NCBI GenBank assembly: GCA_016213785.1
Contig: JACQZQ010000108.1
Location: 57,270 to 121,269 of the forward strand
DNA length: 64,000 nucleotides
Source of the DNA: Acidobacteriota bacterium
GTDB taxonomy: Bacteria > Acidobacteriota > Blastocatellia > Chloracidobacteriales > JADJPF01
Direction of reading: 5' to 3'
The position numbers and the translations under genes are program-made. The notes under the pieces are model-generated. The model was not told the origin of the DNA, ran no database searches, and was given only the letters and a program-made list of their open reading frames with translations. Shown in pieces: positions 10,008-20,948 of this stretch. Position 1 is the first letter of the stretch. The number at the start of each line of letters is the position of its first letter.

Positions 10008-10826
10008 CTAAGCCCGTCTTTCTGCTGTAAGTAAAGTAGCTTTTATTGAAATATCAAAATCATAACCATTACGGTCACGTTCTATAATCTCTTCTAAAGA
10101 CTCTCGTACTGCTAAAAGCTTTTCTTTAGGGATAATACTAAACCACTTATCTAGAAAAAATTTCTCTATTAATGGGGAAATAAAAAAATCTTTCGCTGTT
10201 TTATAAGTAAAAACTTCCTTCTTTATATAACTATTAACATTCTTTAACCCTACTTTTTGTAAAAGTTTTTCGTTAATATTAGGAACAGGTCGCTCATTAA
10301 TTAGTTCTTCTAAAGCAACTTGTAGGGTTTCCGAGAGGTTACAATAATAAAGCGCTTCCCAAAAAATAGAAAAAAACTCATCAAAACTTCCATTACTTGT
10401 AAAATAAAATGCGATCTTTCCACCTACCTTAAGCATTCTAACTAGCTCATTAAGTTCTATAGCTAGTTTATCACTAGATAGCAAAGAGAAATCAGCAATG
10501 ATTAAATCAAAACTCTTATCAGCAAAACTTAATTGGCTAGGTGTAGTGGCACGAAATTCTAAGTTTTCTACTTTTGCTATAGGAATTTTTGCATTAGCTA
10601 GACTTATAGCTTCTATATTCTCATCAATAGCAATAATATTACCTTTATTAGATAACATTTTTGCCATTTCAATAGCATGTCCGCCCGTTCCACAATAAAC
10701 ATCTAAAACTTGGCCTGATTTAGGTAGACCACATTTTTCATTAAAAAGACGATCAAAACAATCACGCCAAATCGGCATAACATAAAGGTCATAAATATAA
10801 GCTAATTCTTTAGAATTTCTTGGCAC
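10008..10826 (-). CDS. Class I SAM-dependent methyltransferase
   Basis: Motif I VLDVYCGTGGHAIEMA, post-I IIAIDEN, motif II-like DLIIADFSL. GTG start at 10826 with AGAGG 6 nt upstream. Confidence 0.8.
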   Translation of the reverse strand: MPRNSKELAYIYDLYVMPIWRDCFDRLFNEKCGLPKSGQVLDVYCGTGGHAIEMAKMLSNKGNIIAIDENIEAISLANAKIPIAKVENLEFRATTPSQLSFADKSFDLIIADFSLLSSDKLAIELNELVRMLKVGGKIAFYFTSNGSFDEFFSIFWEALYYCNLSETLQVALEELINERPVPNINEKLLQKVGLKNVNSYIKKEVFTYKTAKDFFISPLIEKFFLDKWFSIIPKEKLLAVRESLEEIIERDRNGYDFDISIKATLLTAERRA

Positions 10827-10908
10827 AGTTTACCTCTAACATCTATAAGTTATATAATTTATAGTTTTATTTTAGATTATTATTTAGTCAAAAACCTAGA
10901 ACTACTCT

Positions 10909-11310
10909 TTAATCTAGTAGATATACAGGTTGCTCTCTTCTACTAAGCTCAATAGGTTTTATGGGAAGTTGCAAATTACAACAAACATTTGCTAATTTGC
11001 TTCTATCAATTTGCATTTGCTCATCTATTGTAAAACTCTCTAAGAGGACATCAAGAATTTTAGCTGCATACTCATTTGAAGGTCTAACAATCTTATAATG
11101 CACCCATTTACCTTCTCGACGTGCTGAAACAATTCCTGCTCGGCGTAAGTAAGCTAAATGACGAGAGATTTTTGGTTGATTTGTTTCTATTACATCTACA
11201 AAAAAGCAAACACAAATTTCATCACTACCCATTAAATTTAATAACCTTAACCTAGTCCGGTCTGCTAATGCATTAAAAAATAGCTCTAAATCAAACTTTT
11301 TTTCTTTCAT
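10909..11310 (-). CDS. ArsR/SmtB-family metalloregulatory transcriptional repressor
   Basis: LADRTRLRLLNLM...EICVCFFVDVIETNQPKISRHLAYLRRAGIVSARREGKWVHYKI is a winged HTH that retains the alpha-3 CVC metal(loid)-sensing motif. Confidence 0.85.
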   Translation of the reverse strand: MKEKKFDLELFFNALADRTRLRLLNLMGSDEICVCFFVDVIETNQPKISRHLAYLRRAGIVSARREGKWVHYKIVRPSNEYAAKILDVLLESFTIDEQMQIDRSKLANVCCNLQLPIKPIELSRREQPVYLLD

Positions 11311-11712
11311 AAGATGATTTTTTACCTAAAATTTTTCTTATATATGCTTTAGAATATATTGCTTAAAAATGTTTTTATAGTATTTGTTTAAGCATATATT
11401 AAATTAAACTAATTTAATAAAAACTAAAAAGAAACAAATAATCGATATAAAACCTTAAAATAAACATTTAGTAATGTTAAAAATAGCATTGAATTTTATA
11501 AAAAGCTATTTGGGATTTGCCAAGGATAAGAACTTAAAATTTTTAGCGCATTTAATAATTAAGTTCTATAGACAACTTTCCCCAAGGTGTCCTAAACTAA
11601 AATTATTAGAACTAGTTGTTTTTCGTTTCGTTAGCTTGTTTACTATTTACTCATTAAATCAACTAAATCAAATTTAAGATTTAAGGTTCTATCAATTAAA
11701 GGAGTGTAAGCC

Positions 11713-13188
11713 TTGGGTATTCTAACATATATAATTCCCTTCCTTATCGTTTTAGGTGTATTGATTTTTATTCATGAATTTGGGCATTTTGCTGTAGCTA
11801 AATTCTTTGGAGTTAGAGTTGAAGTTTTTTCTTTAGGTTTTGGCCCAAGATTATTCGGTTTTAGATATGGTGACACAGATTATCGTATAAGCGGTATTCC
11901 CCTTGGTGGTTATGTAAAGATGAAAGGGGAAAATCTAGATGAAAAACTTGATTATACTGGTGATGAATTTTTAGCTAAACCTAAATGGCAACGCTTTCTA
12001 GTCTTATTTGCTGGGCCTTGGATGAATATAGTCTTAGCCATAATAATACCTATGGTTCTAGCTATGTATTTTTACCAGGAAGCCCGATATTACTCAGAAC
12101 CAGCCGTTGTAGGGAGTATAACTCTAGGTTCTGCCGCAGAAAAATCAGGTATTCAAGTAGGCGATAAGATAATCAAGCTAGACAGTATAGAAAACCCAAC
12201 TTGGCGACAAGTAGAGCTTAAAACAACCAATAATGCTGATATAGAACTTAAGCTTACTCTTGAGCGTAACGGCCAACAGATTCAAACCTCTATTACTCCT
12301 AGCACAACTATGATTGAACGCCAAAAAATAGGAAGTACTGGTCTTTGGCCCCAACTTAAAGAAGAACCTGTTTATGTAGAAAAAGTTAATGATGGAACTC
12401 CTGCTAAACAAGCTGGTTTAATAGATAAAGATAAAATTGTTAAGCTAAATGGGGAAGCTGTTAAAAACTTTTACTGGTTTCGTGGTTCTATTCAAAATCT
12501 AGAAGGAAAAGAAACACTACTTTCAGTAGAACGCAATGGTCAAATAATTGAACTTAAAATGGTTCCTCGTCGGCATGAAGATGGTCAAGTTATTATAGGC
12601 TTTACACCTAATCAAGAATTTATTACTCCTCCAGCAATGGTAAGTGGTCAAAAAACCATTTCTGAAGCCTTTAAGATGTCCTTAAATAAAAATTATGAAG
12701 TGCTAGTTTTGACTAAAGAAGTCTTAAAACAAATCTTTACAGGACAACGCAAAGCTGGCGATGCATTAGCTGGCCCAATACAAATTGCAGCTATTTCTGG
12801 AAAAATGTATCAAACTGGCGGTGTAGAATCATTACTTAATCTAATGGCTTTACTTAGCTTAAACCTTGGTGTTTTTAACCTATTTCCAATACCTGTTTTA
12901 GATGGCGGCCATATATTTATTTTAATTCTTGAAGGTCTACTTGGTTTAGGTGGGCTTAAACTCTCGCTTGGAATTAAAGAAAAAATGATGCAAGCAGGAT
13001 TTGTAATGTTAGTTCTACTTATGGGTTTTGTAATATTTAATGACGTAAGCAAATTCTTTACTAAACCTGCTGCTCCTAAAACTACAGTGAGCCAACCTGC
13101 TCAACCTGCTCAAGCACAACCCCCACCAGCACAACCTGCTCAAGTAACACCTGCACCCCCCGCTGCAAGTGAAAATACTAATAAATAA
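11713..13188 (+). CDS. rseP: RIP (site-2) zinc metalloprotease RseP, M50 family
   Basis: TTG start preceded by AAAGGAG. HEFGHF (HExxH), PDZ-like segments (GSAAEKSGIQVGDKIIKLD; GTPAKQAGLIDKDKIVKLNG), NLFPIPVLDGG motif. Pro/Ala/Gln-rich C-terminal tail. Confidence 0.9.
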   Translation: MGILTYIIPFLIVLGVLIFIHEFGHFAVAKFFGVRVEVFSLGFGPRLFGFRYGDTDYRISGIPLGGYVKMKGENLDEKLDYTGDEFLAKPKWQRFLVLFAGPWMNIVLAIIIPMVLAMYFYQEARYYSEPAVVGSITLGSAAEKSGIQVGDKIIKLDSIENPTWRQVELKTTNNADIELKLTLERNGQQIQTSITPSTTMIERQKIGSTGLWPQLKEEPVYVEKVNDGTPAKQAGLIDKDKIVKLNGEAVKNFYWFRGSIQNLEGKETLLSVERNGQIIELKMVPRRHEDGQVIIGFTPNQEFITPPAMVSGQKTISEAFKMSLNKNYEVLVLTKEVLKQIFTGQRKAGDALAGPIQIAAISGKMYQTGGVESLLNLMALLSLNLGVFNLFPIPVLDGGHIFILILEGLLGLGGLKLSLGIKEKMMQAGFVMLVLLMGFVIFNDVSKFFTKPAAPKTTVSQPAQPAQAQPPPAQPAQVTPAPPAASENTNK

Positions 13189-13211
13189 GAATATCTAAAC
13201 AAAATTAAATT

Positions 13212-13252
13212 AAAAAGAATTGGGAAGAAATTTCTCTTCGCAATTCTTTTTT
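13212..13252. terminator. Bidirectional rho-independent terminator between convergent rseP and the glycosyltransferase gene
   Basis: AAAAAGAATTG-(GGAAGAAATTTCTCTTCG)-CAATTCTTTTTT. The inner GAAGA/TCTTC pairing extends the stem. It is flanked by an A-run and a T-run, so it can work on both strands. Confidence 0.6.
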
Positions 13253-13265
13253 AAAGCTCAAAAAC

Positions 13266-14453
13266 TTATTGCCCATCAATTATCTCTATTAAATTATCAG
13301 ACTTAAGATTATAAATAACCCCTCTCCAAGCTATCTTATTTGATTTAAGTGACATTACTAGATTATAAAGAAAAATTACTGCAACCAAAGGAGAAAGCAA
13401 ATAATGAGCTAACTGGTCTTTAGAGATTATGTTTTTATAACTAATTAAAACAAGCTTAATAGCTTTTATACGTAAATAGCTTTTCCAAACTCCAAGAAAA
13501 TAAATAATCAAAATCATTAGCAAAGGTAAATAATTATAAAAAAATAGTATTTCATAAATTCCTAAAAATAAGCCTAAAAAAAACACAGAGTTAAACATAA
13601 GGTTTGAAAAAAACAATAATCGCCAAAGATTAGGAGAATAGACTTTTGTAATAATAATTTGCCTTGTAGTAAATTCTAGTAAGTCTCTTAAACTGCACCC
13701 ACCTAAGGAAGGAACTAGACATAAAGGAATAAATTTTATATAAAGTTTTGCATCTCTTACAGCCTTAGTTAGTGCATAATCATCACTTATAGTTTTTTGC
13801 CAATAAGTTTTTACATTAATTTTTTCAAAAGTTTCTCGCAAAATAGCCATTGAACCACCCCAAGCAAAGTTATTTTTATGGTCGCCTAAGCTAGTTGCAA
13901 TTGAGCCATTCCACAGTGAACGCATTAAAGAAGCAAACCTATTATCAGTGGGAACAAACCAGCGATAACCAGTTGTGACTCCTATGTCTTTATCAGCTAG
14001 CGGTGAGACTAGTTCTTTTAACCAATATGTAGGTAAACATACATCTGAATCAACAAATACAAATGCTTCTATATCAGTATTTAATGAAGAAATTGCTGCT
14101 TGTAAATTATGGACTTTTTGACCACAAAACTTACTTTTTCCTGCAATTAAACATTCTGATTTTATTTTAGGGTATTTAGCTTGATAAGCATTAATTAATT
14201 TGAAAGCTGGATCTTCCTTATTTTCAACGACAAAAACAATTTGGTAATTAGTATAATCTTGTTCAAAAAGTGATTTTAAGTAGTCGCTCATTGCATCATC
14301 TAAGCCTTTACAAGGAGCAATGACAGCGGTTTTAGGTCTAAAGTCTGAAGTATTCTTAAACCTTTGAAAATATGATAAATAGTCAAATCCTTGTTTTAAT
14401 GAAACTAAGCTTTGAATAATTAATAATGATGCAAAAATATAAAATATTGTCAT
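13266..14453 (-). CDS. Family-2 glycosyltransferase, polytopic (ceramide-glucosyltransferase / GT21-like)
   Basis: N-terminal TM helix. The GT-A core has IAPCKG, YQIVFVVE, VFVDSDV (DxD) and WGGSMAI. Several C-terminal TM helices. Its start is 5 nt after the stop of the upstream kinase gene. Confidence 0.7.
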   Translation of the reverse strand: MTIFYIFASLLIIQSLVSLKQGFDYLSYFQRFKNTSDFRPKTAVIAPCKGLDDAMSDYLKSLFEQDYTNYQIVFVVENKEDPAFKLINAYQAKYPKIKSECLIAGKSKFCGQKVHNLQAAISSLNTDIEAFVFVDSDVCLPTYWLKELVSPLADKDIGVTTGYRWFVPTDNRFASLMRSLWNGSIATSLGDHKNNFAWGGSMAILRETFEKINVKTYWQKTISDDYALTKAVRDAKLYIKFIPLCLVPSLGGCSLRDLLEFTTRQIIITKVYSPNLWRLLFFSNLMFNSVFFLGLFLGIYEILFFYNYLPLLMILIIYFLGVWKSYLRIKAIKLVLISYKNIISKDQLAHYLLSPLVAVIFLYNLVMSLKSNKIAWRGVIYNLKSDNLIEIIDGQ

Positions 14454-14458
14454 TAGAT

Positions 14459-17400
14459 TTACTTATGCCATTTACCTGGTACTAGCATATTAGCTATAGC
14501 ACTGGTTTTTTTTATTTGCTGGTTGCTTATCCATTTATCAGCCATTTCTACTAAATTTTTTCCTTCAGCATTAGCCATTAATTCTCCTCTACGTCGCTCT
14601 AGCACAGTTTTATAAAGCATCATATCTACAGCCTCAAAACCTCTTTCTGCTTCAGTAGTTAAACTAATAGCTTTTTCTATTTCTCCTTCTAAAGCAGCAA
14701 TACTAGCTAATATTTGTTTAGCAAAAGCATTAGCCCAAGGCATATTTTCTTTTTCAAGCAGTTTAGCATCACGTTTAGCAATACTTAAAAGCTTAGAAGA
14801 ATTAGCCGTTTTTGGATTAGAAGCTAGAAGTGCAATAGCACAACGAGCACGCAAATGATGTATTTGAATATAAAATGATTGGATACGTAAAAATAATGAC
14901 TTAGTAATAGTAGGCCATTTTTCATTTAATATTTGCCAAGCAAGACTAGAATTTCCTTCATAAAGAAGTGTTTGGACTTGCCCAAAAAGATGCCAAAAAT
15001 GTTGCATCTGAAAGCCTTTTTTTGACCAACGTCCAATAGTTTTTTCTAGCTCTTCTTTTGCATTATCTATTTCATCATCAGCAAGAAATTTTATATATGT
15101 TGTACGTAAGCGTAAATTTATCTCACCTATTAAGTTTCCACGATCACTGATATCTTTTAGTACTTCTGGAAGACGGTTAAAAAGTAGATTTAAGTCTCCA
15201 ATAAAAAAGTAACTATTAAATATCCAATAATAACCACGATCAATATCTGCTGAAGTACCTACACAATGTTGGCGAAAAATAGATTCTGAGCGAGTAAATT
15301 CTTCTACCGAGAGCCTCCATTCTCCAAGACAACCAGCAATAATTCCTCCAACATGTGCAATCATTCCTATTTCATTAGGAGATTTAAGACTTTCTGCTAA
15401 CTCCCCTGCAAGCCTTAAAAGTTTTTTAGCATAAGCAGCTTTACGGCCTCCAGCACTTGCTGCATAACCAGCTTCCGAAGCTAAAGCCCTAACAATGTTT
15501 CTAATATCACCTACTTTTAATGCAAGCAAAAGATACTGTGATTGAAGTACTATCCCTCTAGTAGCGTCAAACATAGCTAAAGAGGTTGAAACTGTCCAAA
15601 AAGTATCAAGGCGTAGTAAGTCTTCTGACGATATATCATTAGATTCTTGAAAATCTAGACCTTTAAATTTGATTTTGATACGTAAAATCAAAAATAGTAA
15701 AAGCGCTTGAAGCGGTGTTTTAGGGATTTTTATACCAACCCTATCTGTAATAACCCGAAGTTCAGCAAAACCTTCCTTAAGAAAACCACCTCTTAAAAAC
15801 TGATCTGCTGCGCTTTGATGTAATTTTAGCGCCTCAACACCTTTAGTAGTTTTAGTAGCAGCTAAATAAGCCTTTGCCGCCTCATAAGACTTTCCAACAT
15901 TAGCAATTGATTCAGCTAATCTAACTTGTAAATTATGGGTTTGGCTATCTTCTTTGTGTAGCTCAAGAGCAAATTTATATAGATTTGCTGCACGCTCAAA
16001 AGCAAGAGCATTATAGGCATTGTCTGCTGCATTAATAGCATATTTAGCAGCTTGCTCATTCTTACCTGCTCTATAAAAATGGATTGAAAGCCGTTCAGAA
16101 TCACCCGAAGCTGATTCTAAAAGTATAGCAAGTTTATAGTGGTAGTCTTTTAATATCTCTTTATCAAGATTAGCTATTATAGTTTCACGGATTCTATCAT
16201 GGTAGGTTTCTATCTGTTCTTGTTGGCTTGTCCCCATTACACGAATCATTCGATTCGATCTTAACAAAGCAAAGGCGCTTTGTTCTTGAGATTCTATGCC
16301 AGCCGCTTTTTTTGCTATTAACCTTTCTAAAGGCTGACCTGCAACGGCTACAACTTCAAGTAATCGTCTAGCTTCTTCTGAAAGGCGCATAACTCGTGCA
16401 TAGATAACAAGATCTAGTTTAGTTATTCCAGAATCTTCTTGCTCTAAACTAGCTGACTTTTGAGACTTTCTATTTACACCAAGGTTATTTACATCATCTA
16501 TTTGGTTAGCATAAATAGTGCTAGCCTTAGGGCTTACAGGAATAGAAATTTCTCCTGTTTGTATATAACGGACGAGTTCATCAACAAAAAATGGACTACC
16601 TTTTGATTCTTGAGCAATTCTCTCTGCTCTTTCTAAAAGTTCTTTATTATCTTTACCTAGTAAAGTAATTGCTAGTTTCTGCGCTTCTTTTTGAGAAAGT
16701 TCTTTAATAGCTATTTCTTTTACTTCAATTTTTGGATCTGTCTTTGTTCTTAGAGGTAAAAAATTAGTCAAAAGTGGGCTACTCTTAACATCTTCACTAC
16801 GATAAGTGGTAATCAATAGAAAAGCAGGCGGGTCTGGCGGTCTTAGCAATTCGCTTAAAAGCCCTGCGCTATCTAGATCACCCCATTGTAGATCATCAAT
16901 ATACAAAATTAATGGAACTTTACTAGCTAAATTGCCTAAGAGTTCACGTAAAGCAGTAAACGCACGTCGCCTTAACTCCTGTGAATCAGGGATCTCTAAA
17001 ACGCTACGCTCTGAATTTGCAATAGCTGAAACTTGGTTAAGCACTGGAAATAAACGTGCTAAAGCTAAAACATCTGTGCTTAAAAATACTTTAACTTCTG
17101 TTTTAGAAAGCTGTCTTAAGTAATTGCTTAGAGCATCAACTAGACTATCAAGAGCTTTATAAGGAACTGATTCTTGTTCATAACAACGACCTGTTAAAAC
17201 TACAATATTTTTTTCAAATAACCTAAGCTGTTCAAGAAAATGACGTACCAGTGCGCTTTTGCCCATTCCTGAACGTCCTTCAATATAAACAATAGCAGTT
17301 CGTTGCTCCTTTTTAACAACATTAAAAGCCTCCATCAAGGTAGAAAGATGGTCTTCACGCCCAATAAATGGCGTGACTCTACGAGAGATCATTACAGGCT

Positions 17401-18436
17401 TTGAATCTTGATTATCAGTAGCATTTAAGAGATGAAGAATTTCTTGGCCTAATGGTCGTTTATAAGGATCTCGTTTAAGCAATTGTTGGCAAAGTTGATC
17501 AAACTCTAAAGGAATACCATCAACTAAATCACTTGGGGCTTTAGCTTCAAACTGTTGTTTTTTTGCTAACAAATCCATTGCCTGTCCTGTAAATGGACGT
17601 TTACCAGTAAGGGTTTCATAAAGTATAACCCCAACGCTATACCAGTCTGTAGCTTCTGACAAAGGCAATGCAGCGCTTTGCTCTGGAGACATATAAGCAG
17701 GAGTACCAACAATATCACTTGTTTTTAGTTTTTCTTGAAAGGTAAGTTCTGTTGCAATACCAAAATCAAGTATTACTACTCTACCTTCTTTAGTAACTAA
17801 AACATTAGAAGGCTTAATATCACGATGTAATTTACCTATTTTATGTAAAGCATTTATACCTTCAGCTAACTGCCTTAAGGCTTCACGTAGTCTTATTGGG
17901 TCTAGTTTAAATTGTTGTTTTGGGTTAAAGGAGATAGAGCTTTTTTTGCTACTTAACTTACTTTGATCTTTAAGCTTAATAGTCTCAACTTCACTTGCAA
18001 AAGTTGGAGAACTTGCTACTTTAGGTGTTTTAATAGTCTCAACTTCTTCTGTAGAAGAGTTTTCACCTTTTTTTATATACTCTACAGTTTCAGGTTCTTC
18101 AGTATCATCTATTTGTTTTGGAGTTTGTCCTCTTACATATTCAAGAAAATCAATCCCTTGAACTAGTTCCATAGTAAAAAACCATTGTTCTTTGTCTAAA
18201 ACTAGCTCGTAGAGATTAACAAGATTTGGGTGTGTTATATCGGCTAAAAACCTAAATTCTTGCTTAAAATTATATAGGGCTTCAGCATCTCTTTGATGGA
18301 GAACTTTAAGGGCTACAAATGTATTAAGCTCTTGGTCATAAACTTTATATACAGTGCCAAACCCTCCTGACCCAAGACATTCTTTAATTAAAAACCGTTT
18401 TGTACCCTTAAAATCTGTTTGTTGTTGATTACTCAT
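14459..18436 (-). CDS. Hanks-type Ser/Thr protein kinase fused to a STAND/AAA ATPase and a long TPR-like helical-repeat region (1325 aa)
   Basis: Kinase motifs GSGGFGTVYKV, ALKVL, HRDIKPSNVL, DFGIA, GTPAYMSPE. Walker A GRSGMGKSAL and Walker B LILYIDDLQWGD. The C-terminal half is helical repeats. Confidence 0.85.
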   Translation of the reverse strand: MSNQQQTDFKGTKRFLIKECLGSGGFGTVYKVYDQELNTFVALKVLHQRDAEALYNFKQEFRFLADITHPNLVNLYELVLDKEQWFFTMELVQGIDFLEYVRGQTPKQIDDTEEPETVEYIKKGENSSTEEVETIKTPKVASSPTFASEVETIKLKDQSKLSSKKSSISFNPKQQFKLDPIRLREALRQLAEGINALHKIGKLHRDIKPSNVLVTKEGRVVILDFGIATELTFQEKLKTSDIVGTPAYMSPEQSAALPLSEATDWYSVGVILYETLTGKRPFTGQAMDLLAKKQQFEAKAPSDLVDGIPLEFDQLCQQLLKRDPYKRPLGQEILHLLNATDNQDSKPVMISRRVTPFIGREDHLSTLMEAFNVVKKEQRTAIVYIEGRSGMGKSALVRHFLEQLRLFEKNIVVLTGRCYEQESVPYKALDSLVDALSNYLRQLSKTEVKVFLSTDVLALARLFPVLNQVSAIANSERSVLEIPDSQELRRRAFTALRELLGNLASKVPLILYIDDLQWGDLDSAGLLSELLRPPDPPAFLLITTYRSEDVKSSPLLTNFLPLRTKTDPKIEVKEIAIKELSQKEAQKLAITLLGKDNKELLERAERIAQESKGSPFFVDELVRYIQTGEISIPVSPKASTIYANQIDDVNNLGVNRKSQKSASLEQEDSGITKLDLVIYARVMRLSEEARRLLEVVAVAGQPLERLIAKKAAGIESQEQSAFALLRSNRMIRVMGTSQQEQIETYHDRIRETIIANLDKEILKDYHYKLAILLESASGDSERLSIHFYRAGKNEQAAKYAINAADNAYNALAFERAANLYKFALELHKEDSQTHNLQVRLAESIANVGKSYEAAKAYLAATKTTKGVEALKLHQSAADQFLRGGFLKEGFAELRVITDRVGIKIPKTPLQALLLFLILRIKIKFKGLDFQESNDISSEDLLRLDTFWTVSTSLAMFDATRGIVLQSQYLLLALKVGDIRNIVRALASEAGYAASAGGRKAAYAKKLLRLAGELAESLKSPNEIGMIAHVGGIIAGCLGEWRLSVEEFTRSESIFRQHCVGTSADIDRGYYWIFNSYFFIGDLNLLFNRLPEVLKDISDRGNLIGEINLRLRTTYIKFLADDEIDNAKEELEKTIGRWSKKGFQMQHFWHLFGQVQTLLYEGNSSLAWQILNEKWPTITKSLFLRIQSFYIQIHHLRARCAIALLASNPKTANSSKLLSIAKRDAKLLEKENMPWANAFAKQILASIAALEGEIEKAISLTTEAERGFEAVDMMLYKTVLERRRGELMANAEGKNLVEMADKWISNQQIKKTSAIANMLVPGKWHK

Positions 18437-18539
18437 AATTATGCAACTTTTTTCTACTCTCGATATGGTAATCTTACCTTTTTAGCAAAACTAAAACAAA
18501 CCTAAGGAAAACTTTTATTGAATAGTATATTTTTAAAAG

Positions 18540-18574
18540 AAAACAGGCTACCTAAATTTAGGTAGCCTGTTTTA
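18540..18574 (-). terminator. Rho-independent terminator downstream of groEL
   Basis: Near-perfect palindrome AAAACAGGCTACCTAAATTTAGGTAGCCTGTTTT (12-bp GC-containing stem) with flanking T-rich sequence, about 40 nt after the groEL stop. Confidence 0.7.
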
Positions 18575-18610
18575 GAAAATATAGCTTTTCTCTTAAGAAA
18601 AAACTCTTGA

Positions 18611-20615
<2,005 letters not shown>

Positions 20616-20676
20616 TCCCATAATTATCTTACTTGCTCCTTTCAAAATAAATTATTGCTGAAAAATCATTATATAA

Positions 20677-20703
20677 TTAGCACTCACTTCAATCGAGTGC
20701 TAA
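20677..20703 (-). promoter_or_regulatory. CIRCE element (HrcA operator) upstream of groES-groEL
   Basis: Exact match to the consensus TTAGCACTC-N9-GAGTGCTAA (TTAGCACTCacttcaatcGAGTGCTAA), 62 nt upstream of the groES start. Confidence 0.92.
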
Positions 20704-20730
20704 TTATATAAATCGAACTCCTTTTGTCAA
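20703..20730 (-). promoter_or_regulatory. Sigma-70-type promoter of groES-groEL
   Basis: On the minus strand: TTGACA (20730-20725), 16-nt spacer, TATAAT (20708-20703). The -10 element abuts CIRCE, which is the classic HrcA-repressed arrangement. Confidence 0.6.
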
Positions 20731-20948
20731 TAGCTTTTCGACAAGTTTTCCGAGTTTTATTTTTATGATCTTATCAAACTTTTATTAACTTGATATAAAC
20801 AGACGGTCTGCCTATATCGCTACTTTTTATTTAAAATGCAGATACAAAGGTCTGCCTCTGCGGTTGCTTTTTACTAACGCTTCTCCTAAAATGCTCAAAA
20901 ATTTATAACGTTTGTCTATATTTAAGAGATATTTAGGAGATAAAACTT

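Noticed and set aside
11474-11677. 67-aa ORF in the arsR/rseP intergenic region.
   Set aside because: It has no RBS and a Leu/Phe/Lys-rich composition expected from AT-rich non-coding DNA. The region is more plausibly a promoter or leader for rseP.
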